A DNA stretch of 64,000 nt from an uncultured Gammaproteobacteria bacterium. Its GTDB lineage: Bacteria > Pseudomonadota > Gammaproteobacteria > JAURND01. The notes beneath the pieces are model-generated. The model did no database searches. It was not told the origin of the DNA and was given only the letters and a program-made list of their open reading frames with translations. Both the position numbers and the translations under genes were made by a program. Shown here one piece after another: positions 46,801 through 61,800 of the stretch (its first letter is position 1; each line of letters begins with the position of its first letter). The stretch spans positions 192,001 to 256,000 of the forward strand of contig CAVQQD010000002.1 of the NCBI GenBank assembly GCA_963714975.1, given 5' to 3'.

Positions 46801-49800
46801 TGGCGCAGGACTGCATCCTTGACTATCTAAGCGGTCAATTACCCGATTATATGCTCCCCAGCAGTTTAGTGTGGTTAGACACATTGCCCTTAACCATTAA
46901 TGGTAAATTAGATCGAAATGCATTACCTGATCCTGAGTTTACGACTCTATCCAATTATGTCGCCCCGCGCAATGATCTCGAAGCTAAAGTCTGTGCCATA
47001 TATGCTGAAGTTTTGCATGTACCTGTTGCCAATATTGGTATTCGAGATGATTTCTTTCGATTAGGTGGTGACAGTATTGTCAGTATTCAACTCGTCAGCC
47101 GTTTACGCCAACGCTTGGGATTAACGCTTAGCGTTAAAGATATTTTTACCTACAAGACCGTCGAAAAACTTTACGATAGGTTGTTGGCAGCACAGGAATT
47201 AATCAGCGGTGAAAGAGCTGATTTAGTGCTGCGTGAAAGCGGTTTACTCTCTGGTGATCTGGGGCTTTTACCGATCCAAGCCTGGTTTTTCAACCACGTG
47301 ACGAATGGTTTCTATCCACAACCCGGGCATTGGAATCAAGCCTTTTTAATCAAAACAGAGAAACTTGGCCCCGCATTATTAAAACATAGCTTGGTAAAAT
47401 TAATCGAGTATCACGATGCCTTCAGATTAAATTATCGCTTAACCGATGCAGGTGATTACCAACAATACTACAATCCAAGCATTAATGATAAAAACCTAGA
47501 TTTTGCTTATTTGGACATAACACCTTTCACCAATCCTGACAAATACCAACGTATTTTAACCGATTGGCAAAGTCATTTTGCATTATTCAGTGATTCGCCC
47601 TTGTATCAAATAGGATATCTGGAAAATTATCCTGATGGCAGTAGCCGTATTTTTGTCGCGCTCCATCATTTATTAATCGATGCCGTTAGTTGGCGCATCA
47701 TTACTCATGATTTACATGAACTGTATGAAAAATTAAGTGCTGCAGAAATAAATAATCAACTCGATCAAGTCATGCAACAAAGCAGTGAAACTTTACTCGG
47801 TAAAAAAGGCACTAGCTATCGTCAATGGGTAGAACAAGTGCACGCGTATGCGCATCACTCCGATGAGCAAGAATATTGGCTAACGCAATTATCCGATCTT
47901 GCCGCCATGGAACAGCAATTAACCAATTTAGTCGTAAGTGAGACTACGAGAAACTACGTGCAATGGAGTTTGGATCGAGAAAATACTCGACGATTACTCA
48001 CCGAAAGCAATCGTGCTTATCACACTGAAATCAACGATTTATTATTAACGAGTTTTGCTCGGGCATTGGTCGAATTAACCCAACAAGAAATTCATCATAT
48101 TATTACCTTAGAAGGCCATGGTCGCGAAGAAATTGCACCACACCTTGATATTACGCGGACGGTAGGTTGGTTTACTACTTTGTACCCCGTTAAATTGGCA
48201 ATACACCCAGAAAGTATGGCAAAATCTATTGTGCAGGTGAAAGAACATTTGCGCAAAATTCCACACAAGGGCATTGGTTATGGCGCCTTATTAGGCTATA
48301 TCAATCATCCCTTACCTCGCATCAGTTTTAATTATCTTGGCCAACTTAATGCCGGCATAGAGCAAGCTCATTGGCATATCACCGGTGAACCTTGCGGCAT
48401 CACCATCGTTCCGGAAAATCCAGACCCTAATATCATTAATGCCAATGGTATAGTCACTCAAGGTGAACTACGATTTATCATAGCAGCTAAAATCAGTCAG
48501 CAAAATTTAGCACGATTTGCTGAGGCTTTTAAACAACAATTACTCTCACTGATTCAGTATACCGTCGACTTGCCACGAACGTATTTAACTGCGAGTGATA
48601 TTGACGATATTATCAGTCAAGATTATTTAGATAAAATCCAGGATACGCGTGAAATCAGCCACGTCTATCTCGCCAATAGTTTACAGCAGGGATTTGTTTA
48701 TCATGCCTTAAGTCAAGAATTAGATACTGCTTATCGCGTGCAGATCGTATTTCATTACCACAATCCTTTAGAGCCCGAATTGTTACGCATGGCTTGGCAA
48801 GGAGCATTGCACAAATATCCTGCTTTAAGACTACGATTTTCCTGGGATGAAGCCTTAGTGCAAATCATCGATCAGCATCAAGAGTTACATTGGCAATATA
48901 GCGATATCAGTGCACAAACATCAGAGTTACAAGAACAATTTATTCATGACTTAGTCAGCCAAGATCGTCAACATCCGTATCATTTAGATCAAGGGCATTT
49001 GTTGCGGATTTTCCTAATCAAGCAAGGAGAGACACACTATACCTGTCTTTTCAGCTGCCATCATGCCATTCTTGATGGTTGGAGTAATCCTATCTTGCTG
49101 GGTTTTGTGCATGATTTGTATGAGCAACTGTATGCTAACCGCACTAACAGCACAGCACAAGCACGCATTTTATCCACAATTCAAGAAGAAACCGCCTACC
49201 CTTTAAGCCAGGCTTATTGGCAAAAAACTGATGTAGCTAGTCAAGCGTTTTGGCAACAGGAAATAGCGCGCATTACTGACCATGCGAATTTAAATGGCCT
49301 ACTTCGCCCTGAGAAACGAAGCGTGCGTTTAGCAGAATATCGGTTTATTGAACATAAATCAGAGGTAGCTAGCAAAATTCAAGGACCGTTGTATCAAGCC
49401 ATCAAAGCATATTGCTCTGAGCTTGGGGTAACGGTGAATACCGTACTGCAATATGGGTGGCATAAATTGCTGAGTGTGTATGGCAATAGCCCTATTACGG
49501 TGGTGGGCACCACAGTTTCAGGACGAAATTTACCCATTGATCATATTGAAAAATCAGTGGGTTTATATATTAATACCTTACCGTTAATCCTTGAACATGA
49601 GGATGATAAAACGATTGCCGCTCAAATAACCCTACTTCAAAACAAAATTAATGAGATCAATAGTCATAGTGCGATCAGCTTAGCGAAATTACAACACTCG
49701 GATAGCAGATTATTTGACAGTTTATTTGTTTTTGAAAACTATCCCGTTCCACAAAAAATTGCAGACCGTGTACTTAAAGTCAGTGGCTTTCGCGGTACCG

Positions 49801-52800
49801 AGGAGCTGGATTATCCTTTGGCAATCATCGCCTACGAACAAGCGGAAACTCTCCAGATTAATCTAAAATATGCAAGAGAGTTATTTAGTCAAGCAACCAT
49901 TACCACTTTATTACATAATTTAGAATTCGTGTTATACCAAATCACGGTCAGCAAAATAGCACAACCCAAAAGTCTTAACTATCTTGACTCAGACAATTAC
50001 CAAAAAATTATTTATGAGTGGAACCAAACGGAAAAAGATTACCCTGCTGATAAAACTATTCAGCAATTATTCGAAGCACAAGTCGAGAGAACGCCCGAAC
50101 ATATTGCTGTAGTCTTTGAAAATACTCAGCTTACCTACCACGAACTCAATGCTAAATCCAACCAACTCGCGCATTATTTACAGCAGACCTATCAGCCACA
50201 AGCCGATGATTTAATTGCGCTATGCTTGGATCGCAGCGCACAGATGATTATCACTATTTTAGCGGTGTTAAAAGCGGGTGCCGCCTATGTGCCAATTGAT
50301 CCTGGCTATCCAGAGGAACGTATCCAGTATATTTTGCAAGATACCGACACAAAATTAGTGCTGGCTAATGTTAACCATTACGATAAATTAATTCATATAA
50401 TTGAATGCGTGAGTAATAACCAATTGCCGATCCATACCGAAGCTATTGATAGTCCGGAGTTTTCCAACAAATTAAACGCGTATCAAGAAACCAATCTCAA
50501 GCAACATGTTCATAGTACTAATTTAGCTTATGTGATTTATACGAGTGGCACTACCGGAAAACCAAAGGGAGTATTACAGCAACATAATAACGTTCATCGA
50601 CTATTTTCAGCAACAGAGGAACTATACCATTTTCACAGCAATGATGTATGGACGCTATTTCATTCCTACATTTTCGATTTTAGTGTATGGGAAATTTGGG
50701 GCGCTTTATTTTATGGTGGCAAACTGTTCATCCCAAGCTACGAACAAACTAGGGATATAAGCTTATTTTATCAACTCTGTGATCAGTATGGCGTAACAGT
50801 GTTGAATCAAACTCCCACCGCCTTTTATCAATTGATCAATGCAGCTAGCGCTAACCCTCATCATCGCTTAGCTAGCCTACGATATGTTATTTTTGGTGGC
50901 GAAGCCCTGAATTTATCACAATTACTGCCTTGGTTTAATGTTTATGACTATGATAAACCCAGGTTAGTAAACATGTACGGCATAACCGAGACTACTGTCC
51001 ATGTAACTTATAAACTAATACAAGCAGAAGATCTAGGAAATAGTTCCTATATAGGAGAACGGCTACCTGATCAAAAAATATATATCGTCGATGCTGACCT
51101 TAAGCCAATACCTATTGGCGCAATTGGCGAGTTATATATCGGTGGCGCTGGAGTCGCACGCGGTTATTTAAATCTTCCTGATTTAACGGCCGAACGCTTT
51201 ATCACCAATCCCTTTCAAACAGAGGATGAAAAGAAACTCGAGAAAAATGCTCGTCTATACAAGACCGGTGATTTGGTGCGTTATCTCCCTGATGGCAATC
51301 TTGAATATATCGGCAGAAATGATTTTCAAGTTAAAATCCGTGGCTTTCGAATTGAGCTGGGTGAAATTGAAAATAAATTACTAGCCTATCCAGGAATCAC
51401 ACAAGCAGTGGTATTAGCGAGAGAACATGCAGAAACCCAGGGAAAATATTTAGTAGGTTATTATGTTGCGGAAAAATCCTTGGCGCAGGACTGCATCCTT
51501 GACTATCTAAGCGGTCAATTACCCGATTATATGCTCCCCAGCAGTTTAGTGTGGTTAGACACATTGCCCTTAACCATTAATGGTAAATTAGATCGAAATG
51601 CATTACCTGATCCTGAGTTTACGACTCTATCCAATTATGTCGCCCCGCGCAATGATCTCGAAGCTAAAGTCTGTGCCATATATGCTGAAGTTTTGCATGT
51701 ACCTGTTGCCAATATTGGTATTCGAGATGATTTCTTTCGATTAGGTGGTGACAGTATTGTCAGTATTCAACTCGTCAGCCGTTTACGCCAACGCTTGGGA
51801 TTAACGCTTAGCGTTAAAGATATTTTTACCTACAAGACCGTCGAAAAACTTTACGATAGGTTGTTGGCAGCACAGGAATTAATCAGCGGTGAAAGAGCTG
51901 ATTTAGTGCTGCGTGAAAGCGGTTTACTCTCTGGTGATCTGGGGCTTTTACCGATCCAAGCCTGGTTTTTCAACCACGTGACGAATGGTTTCTATCCACA
52001 ACCCGGGCATTGGAATCAAGCCTTTTTAATCAAAACAGAGAAACTTGACCCCGCATTATTAAAACATAGCTTGGTAAAATTAATCGAGTATCACGATGCC
52101 TTCAGATTAAATTATCGCTTAACCGATGCAGGTGATTACCAACAATACTACAATCCAAGCATTAATGATAAAAACCTAGATTTTTCTTATTTGGACATGA
52201 CACCTTTCACCAATCCTGACCAATACCAACGTATTTTAACCGATTGGCAAAGTCATTTTGCATTATTCAGTGATTCGCCCTTATATCAAATAGGATATCT
52301 GGAAAATTATCCTGATGGCAGTAGCCGTATTTTTGTCGCGCTCCACCATTTATTAATCGATGCCGTTAGTTGGCGCATCATTACTCATGATTTACATGAA
52401 CTGTATGAAAAATTAAGTGCTGCAGAAAAAAATAATCAACTCGATCAAGTCATGCAACAAAGCAGTGAAACTTTACTCGGTAAAAAAGGCACTAGCTATC
52501 GTCAATGGGTAGAACAAGTGCACGCGTATGCGCATCACTCCGATGAGCAAGAATATTGGCTAACGCAATTATCCGATCTTGCCGCCATGGAACAGCAATT
52601 AACCAATTTAGTCGTAAGTGAGACTACGAGAAACTACGTGCAATGGAGTTTGGATCGAGAAAATACTCGACGATTACTCACCGAAAGCAATCGTGCTTAT
52701 CACACTGAAATCAACGATTTATTATTAACGAGTTTTGCTCGGGCATTGGTCGAATTAACCCAACAAGAAATTCATCATATTATTACCTTAGAAGGCCATG

Positions 52801-55800
52801 GTCGCGAAGAAATTGCACCACACCTTGATATTACGCGGACGGTAGGTTGGTTTACTACTTTGTACCCCGTTAAATTGGCAATACACCCAGAAAGTATGGC
52901 AAAATCTATTGTGCAGGTGAAAGAACATTTGCGCAAAATTCCACACAAGGGCATTGGTTATGGCGCCTTATTAGGCTATATCAATCATCCCTTACCTCGC
53001 ATCAGTTTTAATTATCTTGGCCAACTTAATGCCGGCATAGAGCAAGCTCATTGGCATATCACCGGTGAACCTTGCGGCATCACCATCGTTCCGGAAAATC
53101 CAGACCCTAATATCATTAATGCCAATGGTATAGTCACTCAAGGTGAACTACGATTTACCATAGCAGCTAAAATCAGTCAGCAAAATTTAGCACGATTTGC
53201 TGAGGCTTTTAAACAACAATTACTCTCACTGATTCAGTATACCGTCGACTTGCCACGAACGTATTTAACTGCGAGTGATATTGACGATATTATCAGTCAA
53301 GATTATTTAGATAAAATCCAGGATACGCGTGAAATCAGCCACGTCTATCTCGCCAATAGTTTACAGCAGGGATTTATTTATCATGCCTTAAGTCAAGAAT
53401 TAGATACTGCTTATCGCGTGCAGATCGTATTTCATTACCACAATCCTTTAGAGCCCGAATTGTTACGCATGGCTTGGCAAGGAGCATTGCACAAATATCC
53501 TGCTTTAAGACTACGATTTTCCTGGGATGAAGCCTTAGTGCAAATCATCGATCAGCATCAAGAGTTACATTGGCAATATAGCGATATCAGTGCACAAACA
53601 TCAGAGTTACAAGAACAATTTATTCATGACTTAGTCAGCCAAGATCGTCAACATCCGTATCATTTAGATCAAGGGCATTTGTTGCGGATTTTCCTAATCA
53701 AGCAAGGAGAGACACACTATACCTGTCTTTTCAGCTGCCATCATGCCATTCTTGATGGTTGGAGTAATCCTATCTTACTGGGTTTTGTGCATGATTTGTA
53801 TGAGCAACTGTATGCTAACCGCACTAACAGCACAGCACAAGCACGCATTTTATCCACAATTCAAGAAGAAACCGCCTACCCTTTAAGCCAGGCTTATTGG
53901 CAAAAAACTGATGTAGCTAGTCAAGCGTTTTGGCAACAGGAAATAGCGCGCATTACTGACCATGCGAATTTAAATGGCCTACTTCGCCCTGAGAAACGAA
54001 GCGTGCGTTTAGCAGAATATCGGTTTATTGAACATAAATCAGAGGTAGCTAGCAAAATTCAAGGACCGTTGTATCAAGCCATCAAAGCATATTGCTCTGA
54101 GCTTGGGGTGACGGTGAATACCGTACTGCAATATGGGTGGCATAAATTGCTGAGTGTGTATGGCAATAGCCCTATTACGGTGGTGGGCACCACAGTTTCA
54201 GGACGAAATTTACCCATTGATCATATTGAAAAATCAGTGGGTTTATATATTAATACCTTACCGTTAATCCTTGAACATGAGGATGATAAAACGATTGCCG
54301 CTCAAATAACCCTACTTCAAAACAAAATTAATGAGATCAATAGTCATAGTGCGATCAGCTTAGCGAAATTACAACACTCGGATAGCAGATTATTTGACAG
54401 TTTATTTGTTTTTGAAAACTATCCCGTTCCACAAAAAATTGCAGACCGTGTACTTAAAGTCAGTGGCTTTCGCGGTACCGAGGAGCTGGATTATCCTTTG
54501 GCAATCATCGCCTACGAACAAGCGGAAACTCTCCAGATTAATCTAAAATATGCAAGAGAGTTATTTAGTCAAGCAACCATTACCACTTTATTACATAATT
54601 TAGAATTCGTGTTATACCAAATCACGGTCAGCAAAATAGCACAACCCAAAAGTCTTAACTATCTTGACTCAGACAATTACCAAAAAATTATTTATGAGTG
54701 GAACCAAACGGAAAAAGATTACCCTGCTGATAAAACTATTCAGCAACTATTTGAAGAGCAAGTCGAGAGAACGCCCGAACATATTGCTGTAGTCTTTGAA
54801 AATACCCAACTCAGCTATCGTGATCTTAATGCCAAAGCCAATCAATTAGCTCACTACCTAAGGCACAAATATCCAATTCAAGGCGATGACTTAATTGCTT
54901 TGTGTTTAGAACGCAATGAACAGATACTCACTAGCATCTTAGCTGTGCTAAAAACTGGGGCTGCCTATGTGCCAATTGATCCAGATTATCCTGACGAAAG
55001 AATCAACTATATTTTGGCAGATACAGCTACGCATTTGATCTTAACCAATGAAAATTCGCAAATGAAGCTAAGTGCCATTATAAACCATCATTCCTTACAA
55101 ACACGAGTAGAGGCTATTGATAGTCCTGAGTTATACAACAAATTAAATGCTTATCAAGCAACAAATCCCACGCCGCCTATTCATAGTACTAATTTAGCTT
55201 ATGTGATTTATACCTCAGGTTCTACCGGTCAACCTAAAGGGGTATTGATCAAACATGGAAGTTTGATCAATGCATTGCAGGCGGTAGATGCGATGATTCA
55301 AGTTTCCAGCCATGACCGCTTCTTGGCTTTAACGACATATACATTTGATATTTCTGGTTTGGAATTTTATTTACCTCTGCTTAAAGGAGCTACTTGCGTG
55401 ATTGCTCCAGACAAAGCCAGAATAGATATGACTGTTCTTAAACAAATTCTTCACACCAAAGCTATAACTATCATGCAAGCCACCCCAGCTACCTGGTTAA
55501 TGCTTCGTCATTCAAACTGGCAAAGCAAGAAACCATTAAAAATACTTTGTGGCGGCGAAACATTAACTATGCAACTCGCTGCCTCCTTGATTGAGAATCA
55601 TCATCAAATATGGAATATGTATGGTCCAACAGAAACTACCATTTGGTCATCCTGTTGCTTATTACAGGCTGGCAAAGTTAATCCTCCACCAATTGGAAAA
55701 CCACTAGCAAATACTCAATTTTACGTGCTAGATCCCCTTACAAATCCTGTACCTATTGGAGTTACCGGTGAGTTATACATCGGAGGAGATGGTCTAGCAC

Positions 55801-58800
55801 GAGGTTATTTAAATCTTCCTGATTTAACTGCCGAACGTTTTGTCATCAATCCATTTCAAACAGAAAATCAGAAAAAGCACGGGAAAAATGCTCGCCTATA
55901 CATGACCGGTGATTTAGTGCGTTATTTACCTGATGGCAATATTGAATACATTGGGAGAAATGATTTCCAAGTTAAAATCCGCGGCTTTAGAATTGAGTTG
56001 GGTGAAATTGAAAATAAATTAATAGCCTATCCAGAAATAAAACAAGCGGTAGTGTTAGTTAAGGAACATCAAACAAACAACGAAAAATACCTCGTGGGTT
56101 ATTATGTGGCAGACCAGCCACTCGATGAAAATGCTGTATTAGATTATCTGCATCATCAACTTCCTGAATACATGGTGCCTAGTGTCTTGGTTTATTTAAC
56201 CCAACTACCTTTAACCATCAGTGGGAAATTAGACCGTAGCGCATTACCTGATCCAGAATTGAGTAAAATCACTGAATATGTACCTCCTCGCAATGATTTA
56301 GAACGAAAAGTCTGTGAGATCTACGCAGCAGTTTTAGGTTTACCACCTACTTCTGTGGGCATTCGGGATAATTTCTTTCGCTTAGGGGGTAATAGTATTT
56401 TAGCTATTAAGCTTGTCAGCCAATTAAATAAGCAAATTTTTTCTGACCCCTCTTTTCAAGTAGAAAAATTAATTCAAGTCGCTGAAATTTTTCGGCATAA
56501 AACTATCTTAAGTTTATTAGACAGTCTTTTAAGCGAAGACGAAAGCGAGACCATCATTATTCCTAGCCAAGGACCTATCCAAAAAGCAGGTTTATCTTTT
56601 GCCCAAGAACGTTTATGGTTTATTGAACAGTATGAAGTTGGAAGCAATGCCTATAATATTCCATTGTTGAAAAAAATACCTGCACAAGTCGATGCTCGAT
56701 TGTTGGCACAAGCGTTACTCTCGGTTGTATCCCGCCATGAAGTATTACATAGTTTGATCAAGACTGATAGTCAGGGTAATGGTTATCAAGAAGTCATCGA
56801 CTTAAATAGTTCACCATGTAACATTGCTTATCACTCGTTCTCTGATTCTGCCGCACTTAAAAAATATATTGATACCGAAATCAATCATATTTTTAATTTA
56901 AATAGCGAATATCCCATTAGAATTCAGCTCCTAACCCAACAAGATACTGCAACAAACTATTTGTTGATCGTGGTACATCACATCGCGTTTGATGGTTGGT
57001 CAATTGAAGTATTTATGCGTGATCTGCAAGCGCTTTATCAGCACGAGCCCTTGCCAGAATTAACCATTCAATATAAAGATTTTTCCATTTGGCAAAGGAA
57101 TTATTTAACTGGAGAACGCCTAGCCCATCAATTAAATTATTGGAAAAATAAACTTAGTGATTATGCTGGATTACATCTACCCACCGATAAACCAAGACCT
57201 CCTGAAATTAGTTACCTAGGCAACGATGTTTATTTTAGTATTGATCCAAAGACTAGCACTCAATTAAGAGAAATTGCTAAAAAGCTAGGCATCAGTTTAT
57301 ACAGTGTATTACTGGCCGGATTTAATTTGCTACTAAGAAGCTACAGCAATCAAGATGATATAGTCATAGGCACTCCCATTGCCAACCGCCACCATCAACA
57401 ACTCGAAGATCTTATCGGATTTTTTGTCAATAGTCTGGCTCTGCGCAGCCAAATAAATCCCGAGCACGCATTGAATCATTACCTAGAAGAAGTGGGTCGT
57501 GATGTGATCGGGGCACAACTGCATCAAGATCTACCCTTTGAAAAATTGGTAGAAGAACTGGAAATTCCCAAGGATCGCAGCCGTCATCCCCTGTTCCAAG
57601 TCATGTTTGGAGTACAAAGTTTTGCAACTACAACAGCTGAATTATTGGAGCCTGCTTCTTTCACACTGAATTATCCTGTAGCGAAGTTCGATTTAAGTGT
57701 TTTTCTCGATGATAGCTACGCCGAATTAAGGGGAAATTTTAATTATGCGGAGAGTTTATTTACGAAAGAAACCATCAATATTCTCATTGCCATCTATCAA
57801 CGTATTTTGTCACAATTAGCATATGAGCCATTGCTACTAATAAAAAACTTAAGTTATCTCGATGCCACGAGTTATCAAAAAATTATTTATGAGTGGAACC
57901 AAACGGAAAAAGATTACCCTGCTGATAAAACTATTCAGCAACTATTTGAAGAGCAAGTGGCACGAACCCCTGAAAATATTGCCGTAGTTTATGAAAATAC
58001 TCAGCTTACCTACCACGAACTCAATAGCAAAGCCAATCAACTCGCGCATTATCTACAACAAACCTATCAGCCACAAGCCGATGATTTAATTGCGCTATGC
58101 TTGGATCGCAGTGAACAGATGATTATCACCATTTTAGCGGTATTAAAAACTGGCGCTGCCTATGTTCCCATCGATCTTGGTTATCCCGAGGAACGTATCC
58201 AGTATATTTTGCAAGATACTGCCACCAAGCTAGTGCTGACTAATGCCAGACATCAAGATAAATTAACTCATATAATCGACGGTGTGGGTAGTTATCAATT
58301 ACTGATCAACATCGAAGCCATTGATAGTCTTGAGTTATACAACAAATTAAATGCTTATCAAGCAACAAATCCCACGCCGCCTATTCATAGTACTAATTTA
58401 GCTTATGTGATTTATACCTCAGGTTCTACCGGTCAACCTAAAGGGGTATTGATCAAACATGGAAGTTTGATCAATGCATTGCAGGCGGTAGATGCGATGA
58501 TTCAAGTTTCCAGCCATGACCGCTTCTTGGCTTTAACGACATATACATTTGATATTTCTGGTTTGGAATTTTATTTACCTCTGCTTAAAGGAGCTACTTG
58601 CGTGATTGCTCCAGACAAAGCCAGAATAGATATGACTGTTCTTAAACAAATTCTTCACACCAAAGCTATAACTATCATGCAAGCCACCCCAGCTACCTGG
58701 TTAATGCTTCGTCATTCAAACTGGCGAAGCAAGAAACCATTAAAAATACTTTGTGGCGGCGAAACATTAACTATGCAACTCGCTGCCTCCTTGATTGAGA

Positions 58801-61800
58801 ATCATCATCAAATATGGAATATGTATGGTCCAACAGAAACTACCATTTGGTCATCCTGTTGCTTATTACAGGCTGGTAAAGTTAATCCTCCACCAATTGG
58901 AAAACCACTAGCAAATACTCAATTTTACGTGCTAGATCCCCTTACAAATCCTGTACCTATTGGAGTTACCGGTGAGTTATACATCGGAGGAGATGGTCTA
59001 GCACGAGGTTATTTAAATCTTCCTGATTTAACTGCCGAACGTTTTGTCATCAATCCATTTCAAACAGAAAATCAGAAAAAGCACGGGAAAAATGCTCGCC
59101 TATACATGACCGGTGATTTAGTGCGTTATTTACCTGATGGCAATATTGAATACATTGGGAGAAATGATTTCCAAGTTAAAATCCGCGGCTTTAGAATTGA
59201 GTTGGGTGAAATTGAAAATAAATTAATAGCCTATCCAAAAATAAAACAAGCGGTAGTGTTAGTTAAGGAACATCAAACAAACAACGGAAAATACCTCGTG
59301 GGTTATTATGTGGCAGACCAGCCACTCGATGAAAACGCTGTATTAGATTATCTGCATCATCAACTTCCTGAATACATGGTGCCTAGTGTCTTGGTTTATT
59401 TAACCCAACTACCTTTAACCATCAGTGGGAAATTAGACCGTAGCGCATTACCTGATCCAGAATTGAGTAAAATCACTGAATATGTACCTCCTCGCAATGA
59501 TTTAGAACGAAAAGTCTGTGAGATCTACGCAGCAGTTTTAGGTTTACCACCTACTTCTGTGGGCATTCGGGATAATTTCTTTCGCTTAGGGGGTAATAGT
59601 ATTTTAGCTATTAAGCTCGTCAGCCAATTAAATAAGCAAATTTTTTCTGACCCCTCTTTTCAAGTAGGAAAATTAATTCAAGTCGCTGAAATTTTTCGGC
59701 ATAAAACTATCTTAAGTTTATTAGACAGTCTTTTAAGCGAAGACGAAAGCGAGACCATCATTATTCCTAGCCAAGGACCTATCCAAAAAGCAGGTTTATC
59801 TTTTGCCCAAGAACGTTTATGGTTTATTGAACAGTATGAAGTTGGAAGCAATGCCTATAATATTCCATTGTTGAAAAAAATACCTGCACAAGTCGATGCT
59901 CGATTGTTGGCACAAGCGTTACTCTCGGTTGTATCCCGCCATGAAGTATTACATAGTTTGATCAAGACTGATAGTCAGGGTAATGGTTATCAAGAAGTTA
60001 TCGACTTAAATAGTTCACCATTTAACATCGCTTATCACTCGTTCTCTGATTCTGCCGCACTTAAAAAATATATTGATACCGAAATCAATCATATTTTTAA
60101 TTTAAATAGCGAATATCCCATTAGAATTCAGCTCCTAACCCAACAAGATACTGCAACAAACTATTTGTTGATCGTGGTACATCACATCGCGTTTGATGGT
60201 TGGTCAATTGAAGTATTTATGCGTGATCTGCAAGCGCTTTATCAGCACGAGCCCTTGCCAGAATTAACCATTCAATATAAAGATTTTTCCATTTGGCAAA
60301 GGAATTATTTAACTGGAGAACGCCTAGCCCATCAATTAAATTATTGGAAAAATAAACTTAGTGATTATGCTGGATTACATCTACCCACCGATAAACCAAG
60401 ACCTCCTGAAATTAGTTACCTAGGCAACGATGTTTATTTTAGTATTGATCCAAAGACTAGCACTCAATTAAGAGAAATTGCTAAAAAGCTAGGCATCAGT
60501 TTATACAGTGTATTACTGGCCGGATTTAATTTGCTACTAAGAAGCTACAGCAATCAAGATGATATAGTCATAGGCACTCCCATTGCCAACCGCCACCATC
60601 AACAACTCGAAGATCTTATCGGATTTTTTGTCAATAGTCTGGCTCTGCGCAGCCAAATAAATCCCGAGCACGCATTGAATCATTACCTAGAAGAAATGGG
60701 TCGTGATGTGATCGAGGCACAACTGCATCAAGATTTACCCTTTGAAAAATTGGTAGAAGAACTGGAAATTCCCAAGGATCGCAGCCGTCATCCCCTGTTC
60801 CAAGTCATGTTTGGAGTACAAAGTTTTGCAACTACAACAGCTGAATTATTGGAGCCTGCTTCTTTCACACTGAATTATCCTGTAGCGAAGTTCGATTTAA
60901 GTGTTTTTCTCGATGATAGCTACGCCGAATTAAGGGGAAAATTTAATTATGCGGAGAGTTTATTTACGAAAGAAACCATCAATATTCTCATTGCCACCTA
61001 TCAACGTATTTTGTCACAATTGGCATATGAGCCATTGCTACTAATAAAAAACTTAAGTTATCTCGATGCCACGAGTTATCAAAAAATTATTTATGAGTGG
61101 AACCAAACGGAAAAAGATTACCCTGCTGATAAAACTATTCAGCAACTATTTGAAGAGCAAGTGGCACGAACCCCTGAAAATATTGCCGTAGTTTATGAAA
61201 ATACTCAGCTTACCTACCACGAACTCAATAGCAAAGCCAACCAACTCGCGCATTATCTACAACAAACCTATCAGCCACAAGCCGATGATTTAATTGCGCT
61301 ATGCTTGGATCGCAGTGAACAGATGATCATTACCATTTTAGCTGTGTTAAAAGCTGGTGCTGCCTACGTACCCATCGATCCTGGTTATCCTGAAGAACGC
61401 ATCCATTATATTTTGCAAGATACTGCCACCAAGCTAGTGCTGACTAATGCCAGACATCAAGATAAATTAACTCATATAATCGACGGTGGGGGTGGTTATC
61501 AATTGCCGATCCATATCGAAGCCATCGACAGCCCTAATTTACAAAACCAATTAAATGCTTATCAAGAGACTAATCCCATACTACATATCCATAGTAATAA
61601 CTTAGCTTATGTCATTTACACCAGTGGCACTACTGGGAATCCAAAAGGAGTGATGATTGAACATAAGAACGTTGTGAACTTAGCTGTAATGCAAGCCAAG
61701 GAATTTAGTTTATCGACACAATCGATAGATAACGCAAAAATTCTAAATTGCTTAGAATATGCAAATTATGTGTTTGATGCGCATGTTTGGGAATTATTCA

